From Promethearchaeota archaeon (GTDB taxonomy: Archaea > Asgardarchaeota > Heimdallarchaeia > Hodarchaeales > Hodarchaeaceae), in the NCBI GenBank assembly GCA_048938105.1, contig JBHLMN010000006.1:160001-224000 (forward strand): 64,000 nt of DNA, read 5' to 3'. How positions within the stretch are numbered: the first letter of the stretch is position 1; each line of letters starts with the position of its first letter. Positions 37,848-47,899 of this stretch are shown here, one piece after another. The notes below the pieces were generated by a model that worked only from the letters and a program-made list of their open reading frames with translations, had not been told where the DNA came from and made no database searches. The position numbers and the translations under genes are program-made.

Positions 37848-39617
37848 TTATTTCAAAAAACGACCTAAGAAGTATCTATCGGGGTCAAAGGATCTCAGAA
37901 ACTGCAACCATTCCACTGAGGGGGATGTAAACTGCTTTAGAGGCTTTCTTATTTCTAATTCCCAATTAATTATTTCTCTGATTTCATCAATTATTTGGGC
38001 TTCGTCTGAAATATCTCCAATATATCCAGTCAATATAAATGTCCCTTTGTTAGTCTTCTCAAGAAGGGCCCGAGTTGTTACACATATCGAAACATTATTA
38101 CCGGGGACCGTGATATAAGGTACCTCAATAGGAAACCTTCCAGCTTTAAGAGGAAGAAGCACGATGATTTCATTAGCATTTAATCCCACATCATTAGCAC
38201 CACCAGATCCAAATAAAATGAAAGAATCAACCCTAGTAGAATTGATATTACCATATATATCAATTTGACCAGCACCAAGCACTCCAAGGCTCTTTGTTTT
38301 TCGTAATAATGGGCCTAGGGATATAATAGAATCAACAATCGCAGTTGAACTGATTAGATTATTGAATTCAAAGATGTAAGGGCTAGCAGGCTTTGGTTGA
38401 TATCCGTAAAAACCCACTTCTGCGAGAAGATTAATATTTTGACCAGTCTCATGAAGTGAATAAGTAGCTAACCATGCTGCAAGATTGGATGCTCCCTGGC
38501 CTGCTAATATCGTTGTATATCCCTTCTTCTGAGCTTGGTTTTTTATAATCTCTGTTGCTACCCAAATCATATTCTCAACAGGAGTTGCAGGGTGATCTGT
38601 TTGGATCATGGATTTCTTGGCGGTTATAGCCCATTTCCAGTAAGATTCGTCCAAACGTCCACAATTTGCGGTTAAACGCTCTAGTCCTATTTTTTGCAGG
38701 TAAGATTCGGAATTTGTTTCATAAACCCATTCTTTCATCCATGAGCGCATTTTTTCAGGTTCTTTTGCTGATTCTCTAAAACTAATCAAGTGTTCAAGAT
38801 CTATATCATAACCAGCGCCTTTTGGCCCGTAATGAGAACCAGGATGCGCACCCCACGGTGATTCAACCACAAAATCTACAATTCCACCTGGTAGTGTGAG
38901 ACATTGATAAGTATTGGCTAATTGTCTAATAATATGAGAAGTTACTATCTTTTCTGCTGTAACTATAACCTTCTTACTTGCAAAACAACCCCAAAGGTTC
39001 TCACTATATGGGGGAAAAATAACAGCGTTTCCTGATTGATCTGCAGCCCAAGCATGAAGGAAACTAATATCTGGCACTAATTCCTTCACAATAGCAACAT
39101 CTTGAACTGAATTGAAAGGATTAGGAACGGTTCTGAAAGAATTTTGATTATCAATTGCCATTGTACTTCCAATAAGTGATGTAGTTGGAATGAATTTCAG
39201 ACCAAGGGCACCAGCGTACAATCGAAGAGAGAAAACCATTAATGACCATTGCTCAATCTCGAGACTATTATCTACAGCACGTTGAAAGACGGGTGAAATC
39301 CCTGGTCTTGGATAAACATCTCCCACATAGCTTGTTACTAACTTTGATACTAATCCTTCAGCTACAAGCATCTGAATTTGACTAGCTGAACCAAGTGATA
39401 TTACTTCGAATTGGGAATCCTGACCTACCGTTTGTCTGATAATTTCCCTGACAGAGGAATAAGGTAATGCACTGATACAAGCTAAATGTAGTTTCATTTG
39501 TGGTCTCAAAGTATCCTTTATTGCACCTGATAGACTAATACGCTTATCAGAATGGGTTTCCTGAATGGTATTCAGCTTTCCTTCAAGATCATGAGAAAAA
39601 AAAGCCATCGGACTCAC
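37848..39617 (-). CDS. Fused alpha+beta family I CoA-transferase (glutaconate CoA-transferase GctAB-like)
   Basis: RLYAGALG, PDISFLHA..AD..GN, VVESPWGAHP; beta part LLAEVG (catalytic Glu), LGAGQID.YGNINST, GSGGAND. Confidence 0.8.
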   Translation of the reverse strand: MSPMAFFSHDLEGKLNTIQETHSDKRISLSGAIKDTLRPQMKLHLACISALPYSSVREIIRQTVGQDSQFEVISLGSASQIQMLVAEGLVSKLVTSYVGDVYPRPGISPVFQRAVDNSLEIEQWSLMVFSLRLYAGALGLKFIPTTSLIGSTMAIDNQNSFRTVPNPFNSVQDVAIVKELVPDISFLHAWAADQSGNAVIFPPYSENLWGCFASKKVIVTAEKIVTSHIIRQLANTYQCLTLPGGIVDFVVESPWGAHPGSHYGPKGAGYDIDLEHLISFRESAKEPEKMRSWMKEWVYETNSESYLQKIGLERLTANCGRLDESYWKWAITAKKSMIQTDHPATPVENMIWVATEIIKNQAQKKGYTTILAGQGASNLAAWLATYSLHETGQNINLLAEVGFYGYQPKPASPYIFEFNNLISSTAIVDSIISLGPLLRKTKSLGVLGAGQIDIYGNINSTRVDSFILFGSGGANDVGLNANEIIVLLPLKAGRFPIEVPYITVPGNNVSICVTTRALLEKTNKGTFILTGYIGDISDEAQIIDEIREIINWELEIRKPLKQFTSPSVEWLQFLRSFDPDRYFLGRFLK

Positions 39618-39741
39618 CTAGTTTGATTTCAAATGAATTCAATATTTCAGCAAAGTCTTTTTAATTTATATTATCTCGATATTTGGCCAGAATAAATAAT
39701 CGTCTTAAGTAAAGAAAAGTATATTTCTAGCTGCGTGGCGA

Positions 39742-40254
39742 ATGTTGAAGTATGAATATCTAATGGATCCAATATTATTTAGACAGCATATTAAACATAA
39801 TTATGCTGATATAGTTTGGAATGCCTACCTTCAAAAAGAAAAAATTGAACAACTACTTAATAGGGAGCTTGTTGGATCTCTAAATTCAATAGTTCAGCTT
39901 TTCTTACAATATGTACTAAAAGAATGGAGTTGTCCAAATTGCTTACAAGTCATCCTTCCATTTATGAAAAATTGTTATCGAGATCTTCCAGAATATGGAG
40001 ATATTGTCTATGTTTCCTCTTCTGTCTTGTTAAGTAACTTTCCTGTATTATCGTGTCCTCATTGTGAAACAAAGATTGTTGTAATCGCTACGAGTGAACA
40101 TAGTGATATTTTTGAATTTCGCTATCAATTTATTAAGGGGGAAATTTTCGATTTGATTGAACAACGAGCTTTAACTGATTCTGAAATAAAAGAACTTCGT
40201 TTAACAAAAAAGGATCAGCGATCGTTGATAGATAAAAAATTAAGAACATTCTGA
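39742..40254 (+). CDS. Hypothetical protein with two CxxC motifs
   Basis: CPNC and CPHC; fills intergenic gap. Confidence 0.55.
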   Translation: MLKYEYLMDPILFRQHIKHNYADIVWNAYLQKEKIEQLLNRELVGSLNSIVQLFLQYVLKEWSCPNCLQVILPFMKNCYRDLPEYGDIVYVSSSVLLSNFPVLSCPHCETKIVVIATSEHSDIFEFRYQFIKGEIFDLIEQRALTDSEIKELRLTKKDQRSLIDKKLRTF

Positions 40255-40316
40255 GTAAAAATATCCAATCAGGGGATTATAAAAAAGAGGAGGAGGTTGA
40301 TGAAAACTTTATTAAA

Positions 40317-41183
40317 CTACAAGTATGTTTTAACTGCTTCAGGAATATCCCACGGTGTTTCAGTGACTTTAGCACCAACAGCTTCCAAGGAAGCGATTTT
40401 TCCTTGAGCTGTTCCAACATTTCCAGAGATTATAGCACCAGCGTGACCCATGCGCTTTCCTTCAGGAGCACTCTTACCTGCAATGTAAGCAACAACAGAT
40501 TTGCTTATATTTTGATCTTTAATATATTGTGCAACCTTTTCTTCGTCATCACCCCCAATTTCACCTATTAATACAATTATTTTAGTTCCCTGATCTTTTA
40601 CGTAATAATCAAAAGCCTCAATCAGAGTTTTTCCTCTAACTGGATCCCCACCAATGCCAATATATGCGGAAACCCCGATATCGGCATTTCCGATGGCTTT
40701 TGTAATCTCATATGATAGTGTACCGCTTTTTGCAATGACTGCTACATTCCCAAAATGAGCCATATCTCCTGGCATGATTCCTAGTTTGATTTTGTCAGGG
40801 ATGAGCATTCCTGGAGTATTAGGACCAATCAAATGCAATTTTTTCGCCTTCGCTGTTTCTACAAGACGAACCATGTCAAAAACTGGAACACCTTCAGTTA
40901 TAATACAGGTCATATTAACTCCAGCATCCAAACTTTCCATAACAGCACTATAAGTGAACCGAGCTGGGACAAAAATGATACTGGTGTCGACTCCACGCTC
41001 ATTGACAGCTTCTTGGACAGTATTGAATACTGGTACCCCAAGAACTTCTTGGCCACCTTTTTTAGGAGTGACTCCTGCAACGATATTAGTACCGTACTTT
41101 AGCATCAATTGGGTATGGAACTTTCCCTGATTACCAGTAATACCTTGCACAACGACTTTCGAATCTTCATTAATATACATCAA
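40317..41183 (-). CDS. sucD: Succinyl-CoA synthetase alpha subunit
   Basis: VQGITG, GPNTPG, KSGTLSYE, GIGGD, GEIGG, phospho-His motif RMGHAGA. Confidence 0.93.
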   Translation of the reverse strand: MMYINEDSKVVVQGITGNQGKFHTQLMLKYGTNIVAGVTPKKGGQEVLGVPVFNTVQEAVNERGVDTSIIFVPARFTYSAVMESLDAGVNMTCIITEGVPVFDMVRLVETAKAKKLHLIGPNTPGMLIPDKIKLGIMPGDMAHFGNVAVIAKSGTLSYEITKAIGNADIGVSAYIGIGGDPVRGKTLIEAFDYYVKDQGTKIIVLIGEIGGDDEEKVAQYIKDQNISKSVVAYIAGKSAPEGKRMGHAGAIISGNVGTAQGKIASLEAVGAKVTETPWDIPEAVKTYL

Positions 41184-41192
41184 AACACCTAC

Positions 41193-42329
41193 TTAAGCCA
41201 TAACCTCTTTGAGCTTACCAACTGCATCCATCATATCTTGGTAAGCATCAATACCCGCATTTTTGAGTATTGCAACACCTTCAGCCTCTCGTGTTCCAGT
41301 CAATCTTATTACCATAGGGGGAGCATCTGGAAATTCTTTCATTGTCAGTAATATAGCTTCTGCCACAACATCACACCTTGTTATACCACCATAAATGTTG
41401 ATTAAGACTGACTTAGGTCTCATTGTATAAATGAGCTTAAGTGCTTCATATACTCGTTCCTTACTGGCACCTCCACCAACATCCAAGAAATTCATACCTG
41501 CCAAGCCGTGTTGAGCCAAAACATCAAGTAAAGCCATTGTTAACCCTGCTCCATTTGCTAGAATTCCTATTTCACCATCTAGTTCAACAAAAGAAAAACC
41601 AACCCTTTGAGCAGTTTTTTCTAATTCAGTAAGTTTTCGTTTCCGTAATTCCACGATAAGCTCCTGACGAAACGCAGCATTATCATCCAGAGTCATTTTT
41701 CCATCTACAGCGACCAGGCCTGAAGGAGTAAGCACCAGTGGGTTGATTTCAACAAGTTGTGCTTCTTTTTTAGTTGTAATCTGCCATAGCTTCATGAAGA
41801 GATCTACAGCTGAATTAAGATTTTCACCTGAAAAACCTAATTTTTCAGCGACTCCTTTTGCAGCGACCTCACTCAATCCTTCTGTTAAAGAGATATTCTG
41901 CTTGATTATTGCCTCTGGGCGAGTGGCAGCTACTTCTTCAATGTCAATACCCCCTTCAGCACTTGCAATGAGAACGAAACGTCTTCCAGAAGAATCTAAG
42001 GCAATAGAGCAGTAATATTCATGTTTAATATCAGCAAGACCCTCTATGAGGATTGCTTCGACTCCATATTCTCCCACCATTCTGTCAAAGAATTCGTTAC
42101 ATATCGAAAGAGCTTCTTCTTTTGTTTGAGCTATTTTGATGAGACCTCGCTTCTTTCGACTACCAACTGCTATTTGGCTTTTTACTATAGCAGGGAAGTT
42201 GAATTGACTTATCTTTTCTTCAACATCTTCCCCTTTTATGATAACAAGACGATCAGCAAGGGGAATCTCATATTCACTGAAAATTTCTTTGCTTTCATAT
42301 TCGAGTAAACGAATTGTATATACCTCCAA
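41193..42329 (-). CDS. sucC: Succinyl-CoA synthetase beta subunit
   Basis: LLEYESK, EGGIDIE, EINPL, NGAGLTM, NFLDVGGG, NIYGGITRCD. Confidence 0.93.
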   Translation of the reverse strand: MEVYTIRLLEYESKEIFSEYEIPLADRLVIIKGEDVEEKISQFNFPAIVKSQIAVGSRKKRGLIKIAQTKEEALSICNEFFDRMVGEYGVEAILIEGLADIKHEYYCSIALDSSGRRFVLIASAEGGIDIEEVAATRPEAIIKQNISLTEGLSEVAAKGVAEKLGFSGENLNSAVDLFMKLWQITTKKEAQLVEINPLVLTPSGLVAVDGKMTLDDNAAFRQELIVELRKRKLTELEKTAQRVGFSFVELDGEIGILANGAGLTMALLDVLAQHGLAGMNFLDVGGGASKERVYEALKLIYTMRPKSVLINIYGGITRCDVVAEAILLTMKEFPDAPPMVIRLTGTREAEGVAILKNAGIDAYQDMMDAVGKLKEVMA

Positions 42330-42382
42330 AAATTACCATATAAAAGAAGGTAGTGAATTTTTGATGTATGGATTGGAAATGT

Positions 42383-42988
42383 TCAGAAAGTAATGCCTAA
42401 AAACTCACCTATTTTACCTAGATTTTCTTGAGCCTGCATAGCTACATTTTTAAAAAGACTATCACCGTTTGTATCGATACCTACGATTAATGGCCCGAAT
42501 TTATCGACTTCTAGAACCCATAAACATTCAGGAGTTCCAAGATCTAACCAATGAACCTCTTTAACCCTTTTAATCCCTTTAGCAGCGACTACTGCGGCAC
42601 CGCCTACGAAGGCGGTATATATGGCCTTATATTCCTTCATAGCTTTAGCTGTTCTATCACCCATACCACCTTTACCGATAACAACATTCACATTAAAGGT
42701 CTTAATGAATCTGTCTTCAAAAAGATCCATACGGGTTGATGTCGTGGGCCCAGCAGCAACAATTTCCCATTCATCTCCTATTTGTCTCACAACTGGGCCA
42801 CAATGATAAACAGCTAAACCTTCAAAATCAATGGGCATTTTTTCACCTTTTTTTGCCAGGTGTAATGCTCTCTCATGAGCTTCATCTCTAGCAGTGAATA
42901 TTGTTCCCGATATGTAGATAACATCGCCTATCTTAACTTTTTGTACATCTTCTTTTGAAATTGGGGTTGTAAAATGAAATTCAGCCAT
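42383..42988 (-). CDS. Class I fumarate hydratase (Fe-S hydro-lyase) beta subunit
   Basis: TARDEAH, GPTTSTRM, GKGG, LGTPE. Confidence 0.88.
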   Translation of the reverse strand: MAEFHFTTPISKEDVQKVKIGDVIYISGTIFTARDEAHERALHLAKKGEKMPIDFEGLAVYHCGPVVRQIGDEWEIVAAGPTTSTRMDLFEDRFIKTFNVNVVIGKGGMGDRTAKAMKEYKAIYTAFVGGAAVVAAKGIKRVKEVHWLDLGTPECLWVLEVDKFGPLIVGIDTNGDSLFKNVAMQAQENLGKIGEFLGITF

Positions 42989-42990
42989 GA

Positions 42991-43896
42991 TTATTCCTCC
43001 TTGTGAGTTAGATATTCTACTCGTTTATCTGGGTAGATACGAGCGGTTGATCTTCTAGCAGCCCAGCATTGATAAGCTACAGCAGCAGGTAGGGAAGCTG
43101 GGTGTCGATGAGCATATTCAATCTTTACATCTAACGCTGTAGAGACATCTCCACCTAATCCCATTGCACCAATACCAGTCATATTAATTGCTTTCAAGAG
43201 GTCTTCTTCAAGCTTGGCTATTTCGGGATCAGGATGTCGTTCTCCGATTGGCCGCATTACTTGTTTTTTTGCTAATTTCAACGCGATATCTGCGCCACCA
43301 CCTATACCAACACCAACGACTCCAGGTGGGCAAGGTTGGCCACCTGCGTTTATAATAGTATCAATAACAAACTTTTTTATTCCATTAATTCCTTGGCCTG
43401 GTTTCAACATCCCCAAAGCGCACATATTCTCTGATCCCCCGCCTTTGGGAAATACTGTAATTTCCAGATAATCAGCTCCGGGAATAAAATCATAATTAAT
43501 GAATGGAATATGATTTCCTGTATTGTCCCCAGAATTTCCGCCTACAATAGGATTGACCGCATTTGGTCTTAAAGGAACTTCCTTGGTTGCTCGAACTGAA
43601 GCTTTCCTTAGTGTCTCTTCAATGCCTATAACTTTAGGAAAATTCTCACCAATATTAACATAATATATGTGAATTCCAGTATCTTGACACATTGGAGTAG
43701 ACGTCTCATCTGCTATGGTAAAGTTATCCACAATTGTTTTCAACGCAGCTTTACTTGTTGATTTCGTTTCTTGTTCATACATAGTTTTCAATGCGTCGGA
43801 AACATCTTTTGGTAGTTGAGTTGAGGCAAATTTGTGCAATTTAACAACTACATCTTCAATTATCGTGTTATCGAACGTTTCTGTCATAGTTATCAC
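42991..43896 (-). CDS. Class I fumarate hydratase (Fe-S hydro-lyase) alpha subunit
   Basis: PMCQDTG, KGGGSEN, PCPP..GVGIGG, HPASLP, QCWAAR. Confidence 0.88.
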   Translation of the reverse strand: MITMTETFDNTIIEDVVVKLHKFASTQLPKDVSDALKTMYEQETKSTSKAALKTIVDNFTIADETSTPMCQDTGIHIYYVNIGENFPKVIGIEETLRKASVRATKEVPLRPNAVNPIVGGNSGDNTGNHIPFINYDFIPGADYLEITVFPKGGGSENMCALGMLKPGQGINGIKKFVIDTIINAGGQPCPPGVVGVGIGGGADIALKLAKKQVMRPIGERHPDPEIAKLEEDLLKAINMTGIGAMGLGGDVSTALDVKIEYAHRHPASLPAAVAYQCWAARRSTARIYPDKRVEYLTHKEE

Positions 43897-44074
43897 TAAT
43901 CACAAACTATTGTTATATGAAAAACTGATAAAATATTTCTTTTGGTGTAAATAAAAATTCTCTCACTTATAACTTGTAAATACAATGTAGCCTTTCGAGT
44001 TGTTCATTCTTGCCTTGTCAAAATTCACATTGCTATGAAATATGAGAAAGTAGTGAAAAAAAGGAAGTCACGTT

Positions 44075-44815
44075 TTAACGTGACCAAAATTTAAGTGCTT
44101 GCTTCGCTGATTGGCGTTTTAATGCTTGGATAGCTTCTGTAGGATTAAGTTCTTTTGGGCATGCCTCAACACAATTAAATGCAGTATGACAGCGAAAGAC
44201 TCCGTCTTCAGCAGTTACACGTTTTACACGGTTCTTAGTATTTTCATCTCTAGTATCCTTAGTGAAACGGAATGCTTTTAGAAGTGCTCCAGGGCCCAAG
44301 TAATTCTTGTCTGTCCATACTGATACACATGAACTGTGACACGCTCCACATAGAATACATCTAGTTGCTTCTTCGATAATTTTAAAGTCTTCAGGGCTTT
44401 GAATGATTTCATCTTCAGGATCTTTAGAGTGATCCCTTATTAGGAAAGGATTAATAGCAAGTAATTTCTCATAGAAGGGATCCATATCAACTACCAAGTC
44501 TTTTATCACTGGAAAGAATGGTAATGGTTCCAACTTGATTTCTTTTTTGTTTAATTGTAAAACGAGAGTTTCACAAGCTAATTGGTACTTATTATTAACA
44601 AGCATTGCGCAAGATCCACATACGCCTGCACGACAATTGTATCTCATCGAAACGGAGCCATCGTACTTAGCAATGATCTCTTGTACTGCAATTAATACTG
44701 TTGTCCCTTTGTCACAATCTACTTCAAAGCTATCCCAGTATGGTTCATAATCTGTTGCTGGATTGAATCGCTTTATCTTGAAGGTTATTTTTTGAGTTTC
44801 TTTTGTTTCACTCAT
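44075..44815 (-). CDS. sdhB: Succinate dehydrogenase/fumarate reductase Fe-S subunit
   Basis: CRAGVCGSC..LAC, CILCGACHSSC, CHTAFNCVEACP. Confidence 0.93.
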   Translation of the reverse strand: MSETKETQKITFKIKRFNPATDYEPYWDSFEVDCDKGTTVLIAVQEIIAKYDGSVSMRYNCRAGVCGSCAMLVNNKYQLACETLVLQLNKKEIKLEPLPFFPVIKDLVVDMDPFYEKLLAINPFLIRDHSKDPEDEIIQSPEDFKIIEEATRCILCGACHSSCVSVWTDKNYLGPGALLKAFRFTKDTRDENTKNRVKRVTAEDGVFRCHTAFNCVEACPKELNPTEAIQALKRQSAKQALKFWSR

Positions 44816-44825
44816 TCATTTCACC

Positions 44826-46553
44826 TCAATACGTTCGTTCCTTTGGCTCCCATTTTGTTATAACGACATCTAAGTAGCTCAATTTTGCCTCTCCATCTGC
44901 ATAATTGGCCAATGTATGCTTTAAGAAGTTCTCATCATCTCTCTTGGGATAATCGAGACGCCAATGACATCCTCGACATTCTGTTCGTTTCAATGCACCT
45001 AAACACATAACTTCAGCGACATCAAGCATACCTTCAATAGCAAGTACCCACTCTAATTCTCTATTATATTGTCTGACCTTAGACTTTAAATATGCACCTT
45101 CTTTGAAACGCTTTTTAAGTTCCCTAATCTTATTAAGAGCTTCTGTAAGGGGGCCTTCTTCACGATATACAAAAACCTTGGTCATCATTGTAGCTCTCAT
45201 TTCTTCCATAATTGAGAAGGGATCATCCTTACCTTCACCATTGAACCATCGATCAAGTTTTGCTTCTTGTTTTTGTAATTCTGAAAAAAGGACATTTACA
45301 TCAGATGAGGATGTTACCCCCTTTGCATATTTAGCTGCCTCTAATCCGGCAATTTTTCCCATAACAGCACATTCCAGAAGAGAATTCCCACCTAAACGAT
45401 TAGCACCGTGGACTGATACACAGGAACATTCACCACAAGCAAAAAAGCCCTCTAATTCTTTGCTAGAGCAGTTTTCATCTACATGAATACCCCCCATCAT
45501 ATAGTGAAAACCAGGTTGAACTGGAATAGGATCTTTGATCATATCTTGGTTAGTAAATATTAATGCTAGCTCACGTATCTGAGGAAGACGCTCAAGAATT
45601 TGTTCTGCTGGCAAATGAGTCAAATCAAGGTGGACATAACCATTTTCTTTTGTACCAAATCCTCGTCCTTCAAGAACTTCTTGATAAATTGACCGAGAGA
45701 CAATATCTCTTGGAGCAAGTTCCATTTTCTCTGGCGCGTATTTTTCCATGAAGCGTTCACCCTTATTATTTCGTAAGTAACCACCTTCACCTCGTGCTGC
45801 CTCAGAAATTAGGACATTATTCCCATATAATGTTGTTGGGTGAAATTGAATGAATTCCATATCCTTGAGACCGACACCTGCCCAATAGGCTATTGCCATA
45901 CCAAAAGCGTTACAGCTAAGAGCATTGGATGTTGCTCCATAAACCTGTCCAGCACCACCAGTGGCGAAAATAACTGCATCACATTCCCACATCTCAAGAT
46001 CGCCTGTTCTAAAGTTATAAACAATGAGTCCTTGAACTTTTTTGTCTTTAACTGCTAATCGGGTAACAAGGCGATCTTCATAAACAGAGACACCGAGTTT
46101 GACAGATCTTTCCCAAGCTACATGAAGTACAGAGTGGCCAGTTCGGTCTGCAGCAAAACATGTTCTTGGGTATCCAGCTCCTCCGAAAGGTCTCTGTCCT
46201 ATTCTTCCATCTTCAAACCTTGAAAAAGGACAACCCCAATGTTCTAGTTCATAAACTGTTTCTTTAGCCAAACCTATCATTTTAATGACAGCTGGTTGAT
46301 CAGCCAGATAATCTGAACCTTTAACTGTATCGAAAGCATGTCGTTCAACAGAATCATCCTCTGATTCTGGATTATTGCATAATGGTGCATTAATTCCTCC
46401 TTGAGCTGCAACAGAGTGGCTTCTCACTGGTTGACATATTGAAATAACGGCTACATCTGCTCCAGTTTCTCTGGCAGCTACTGCTGCACGCATTCCAGCC
46501 AGACCTGACCCCACTACGAGTATTGAATGTCTTTGTATCTTCATTTTTATCAC
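44826..46553 (-). CDS. sdhA: Succinate dehydrogenase/fumarate reductase flavoprotein
   Basis: [10 protein letters not shown] (FAD-His), [39 protein letters not shown]. Confidence 0.95.
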   Translation of the reverse strand: MIKMKIQRHSILVVGSGLAGMRAAVAARETGADVAVISICQPVRSHSVAAQGGINAPLCNNPESEDDSVERHAFDTVKGSDYLADQPAVIKMIGLAKETVYELEHWGCPFSRFEDGRIGQRPFGGAGYPRTCFAADRTGHSVLHVAWERSVKLGVSVYEDRLVTRLAVKDKKVQGLIVYNFRTGDLEMWECDAVIFATGGAGQVYGATSNALSCNAFGMAIAYWAGVGLKDMEFIQFHPTTLYGNNVLISEAARGEGGYLRNNKGERFMEKYAPEKMELAPRDIVSRSIYQEVLEGRGFGTKENGYVHLDLTHLPAEQILERLPQIRELALIFTNQDMIKDPIPVQPGFHYMMGGIHVDENCSSKELEGFFACGECSCVSVHGANRLGGNSLLECAVMGKIAGLEAAKYAKGVTSSSDVNVLFSELQKQEAKLDRWFNGEGKDDPFSIMEEMRATMMTKVFVYREEGPLTEALNKIRELKKRFKEGAYLKSKVRQYNRELEWVLAIEGMLDVAEVMCLGALKRTECRGCHWRLDYPKRDDENFLKHTLANYADGEAKLSYLDVVITKWEPKERTY

Positions 46554-47080
46554 TCACCTGCTAAAATCACAATTTCTGGAACAATTAGAATGAATACTAA
46601 AGCTACAAGCCAAGTAATGATCCCTAGGATCAGTAAAATCCAGAAAATTGTTTTTTGACTACGAATTCCTATTCCCAAGTCAAAAAGGACAACCCGAATG
46701 CCATTAAATCCATGATATACAAGAATCGCAATTAAACCTATATCTATCATATATCCGATACTAATAATGTTTTGGATGTTGATAACAATGTTCCCAAATT
46801 CTAGGGGAGCAAGGTCGGGGAAAATTGGTGAATTAACCCAGTGTATTAGGCTATTGTAGAATTGGCCAGCATTTAAGCCCCAAATTGAGTCTACAGCGAG
46901 TGTAAAGATCATTCCGAAATGGAATATTACATAAAATATTAGAAGAAGACCTGTAATTCGTTGAAGTAACCACGCCCACATTCCAATTCCGCGGGCAAAA
47001 GGATTGAACCATTGAAGAAAGTTTGTTGCTTTACTACTCGTATTTATTTGTGAATCATGTAGTTCCTCGTTTTTTGCCAT
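46550..47080 (-). CDS. sdhC: Succinate dehydrogenase cytochrome b subunit
   Basis: [11 protein letters not shown] and [13 protein letters not shown]. Confidence 0.85.
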   Translation of the reverse strand: MAKNEELHDSQINTSSKATNFLQWFNPFARGIGMWAWLLQRITGLLLIFYVIFHFGMIFTLAVDSIWGLNAGQFYNSLIHWVNSPIFPDLAPLEFGNIVINIQNIISIGYMIDIGLIAILVYHGFNGIRVVLFDLGIGIRSQKTIFWILLILGIITWLVALVFILIVPEIVILAGE

Positions 47081-47086
47081 TAAAAA

Positions 47087-47530
47087 TCACCTTATTCCAA
47101 TACTTGCGACAGTAAGATTCAACCAAAGAGTGTAACTGATAGCCAAAATTCCTATGATTATTAACAAGAATGCGATTAATTTTCGAAGTGTTTGATTTGT
47201 TGTGAGGTCTAATATTACTGTTCGAAATCCATTCAACATGTGAAAGACTAATAGTGTAACCATGCAGAAAGATATTACAAGATACAAAGGTATTCCTAAG
47301 TATGTATATTGCATCTTCCATTGAACTGCTTCAAAAGAAGCAACACCAAATGCCCGTATGTCCTTTGGTAGGAGAGCTGTTAGATAATGATTTGCCAGCA
47401 TGTGAAATAAAATAAAGAAGAATAATAAAAACCCAGAGACCCGCTGGAAAACCCACCAAATTGCACTCCTTGCCTGATGTTTGGGCACAAAACGCTTAAG
47501 TTTACTTTCAGAAGAAATTTCTATTCCCAT
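47087..47530 (-). CDS. sdhD: Succinate dehydrogenase membrane anchor subunit
   Basis: WVFQRVSG..H and FHMLNGFR. Confidence 0.82.
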   Translation of the reverse strand: MGIEISSESKLKRFVPKHQARSAIWWVFQRVSGFLLFFFILFHMLANHYLTALLPKDIRAFGVASFEAVQWKMQYTYLGIPLYLVISFCMVTLLVFHMLNGFRTVILDLTTNQTLRKLIAFLLIIIGILAISYTLWLNLTVASIGIR

Positions 47531-47899
47531 ATTTTGATCACATCATGTAACTATATTGCGATAGACTTTCAATTTTTACGAATATCGAAAGTTAAAGGCT
47601 CTGTGGAATATATTGGCAACCAGCTAATAGTATCTTATCTTTTTTTTCATTGGAAGGAAAAAAAAAGGCTATTTTTTAAACATAAAATAAATTCAGTTAA
47701 CAATTGTGGACTGATTTTAAAATTAAATTTTCAATTCAAAGCAATTCTGAGTACACAATTGTAAAAAGAAATTACTTGATGATATAGAAGCAAAAAGTGT
47801 CTGGAATATTAGTAGGTGAAAAATTAGGGATTGCCGTTTATCTTCAAGAGAAAATAGATTAAAGATAAAAAATGAGATGTGATTAAGAATCTCATTTCT

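Noticed and set aside
42383-43896. L-tartrate dehydratase TtdAB
   Set aside because: Same family and not strictly excluded, but position between sdh and suc favours fumarase
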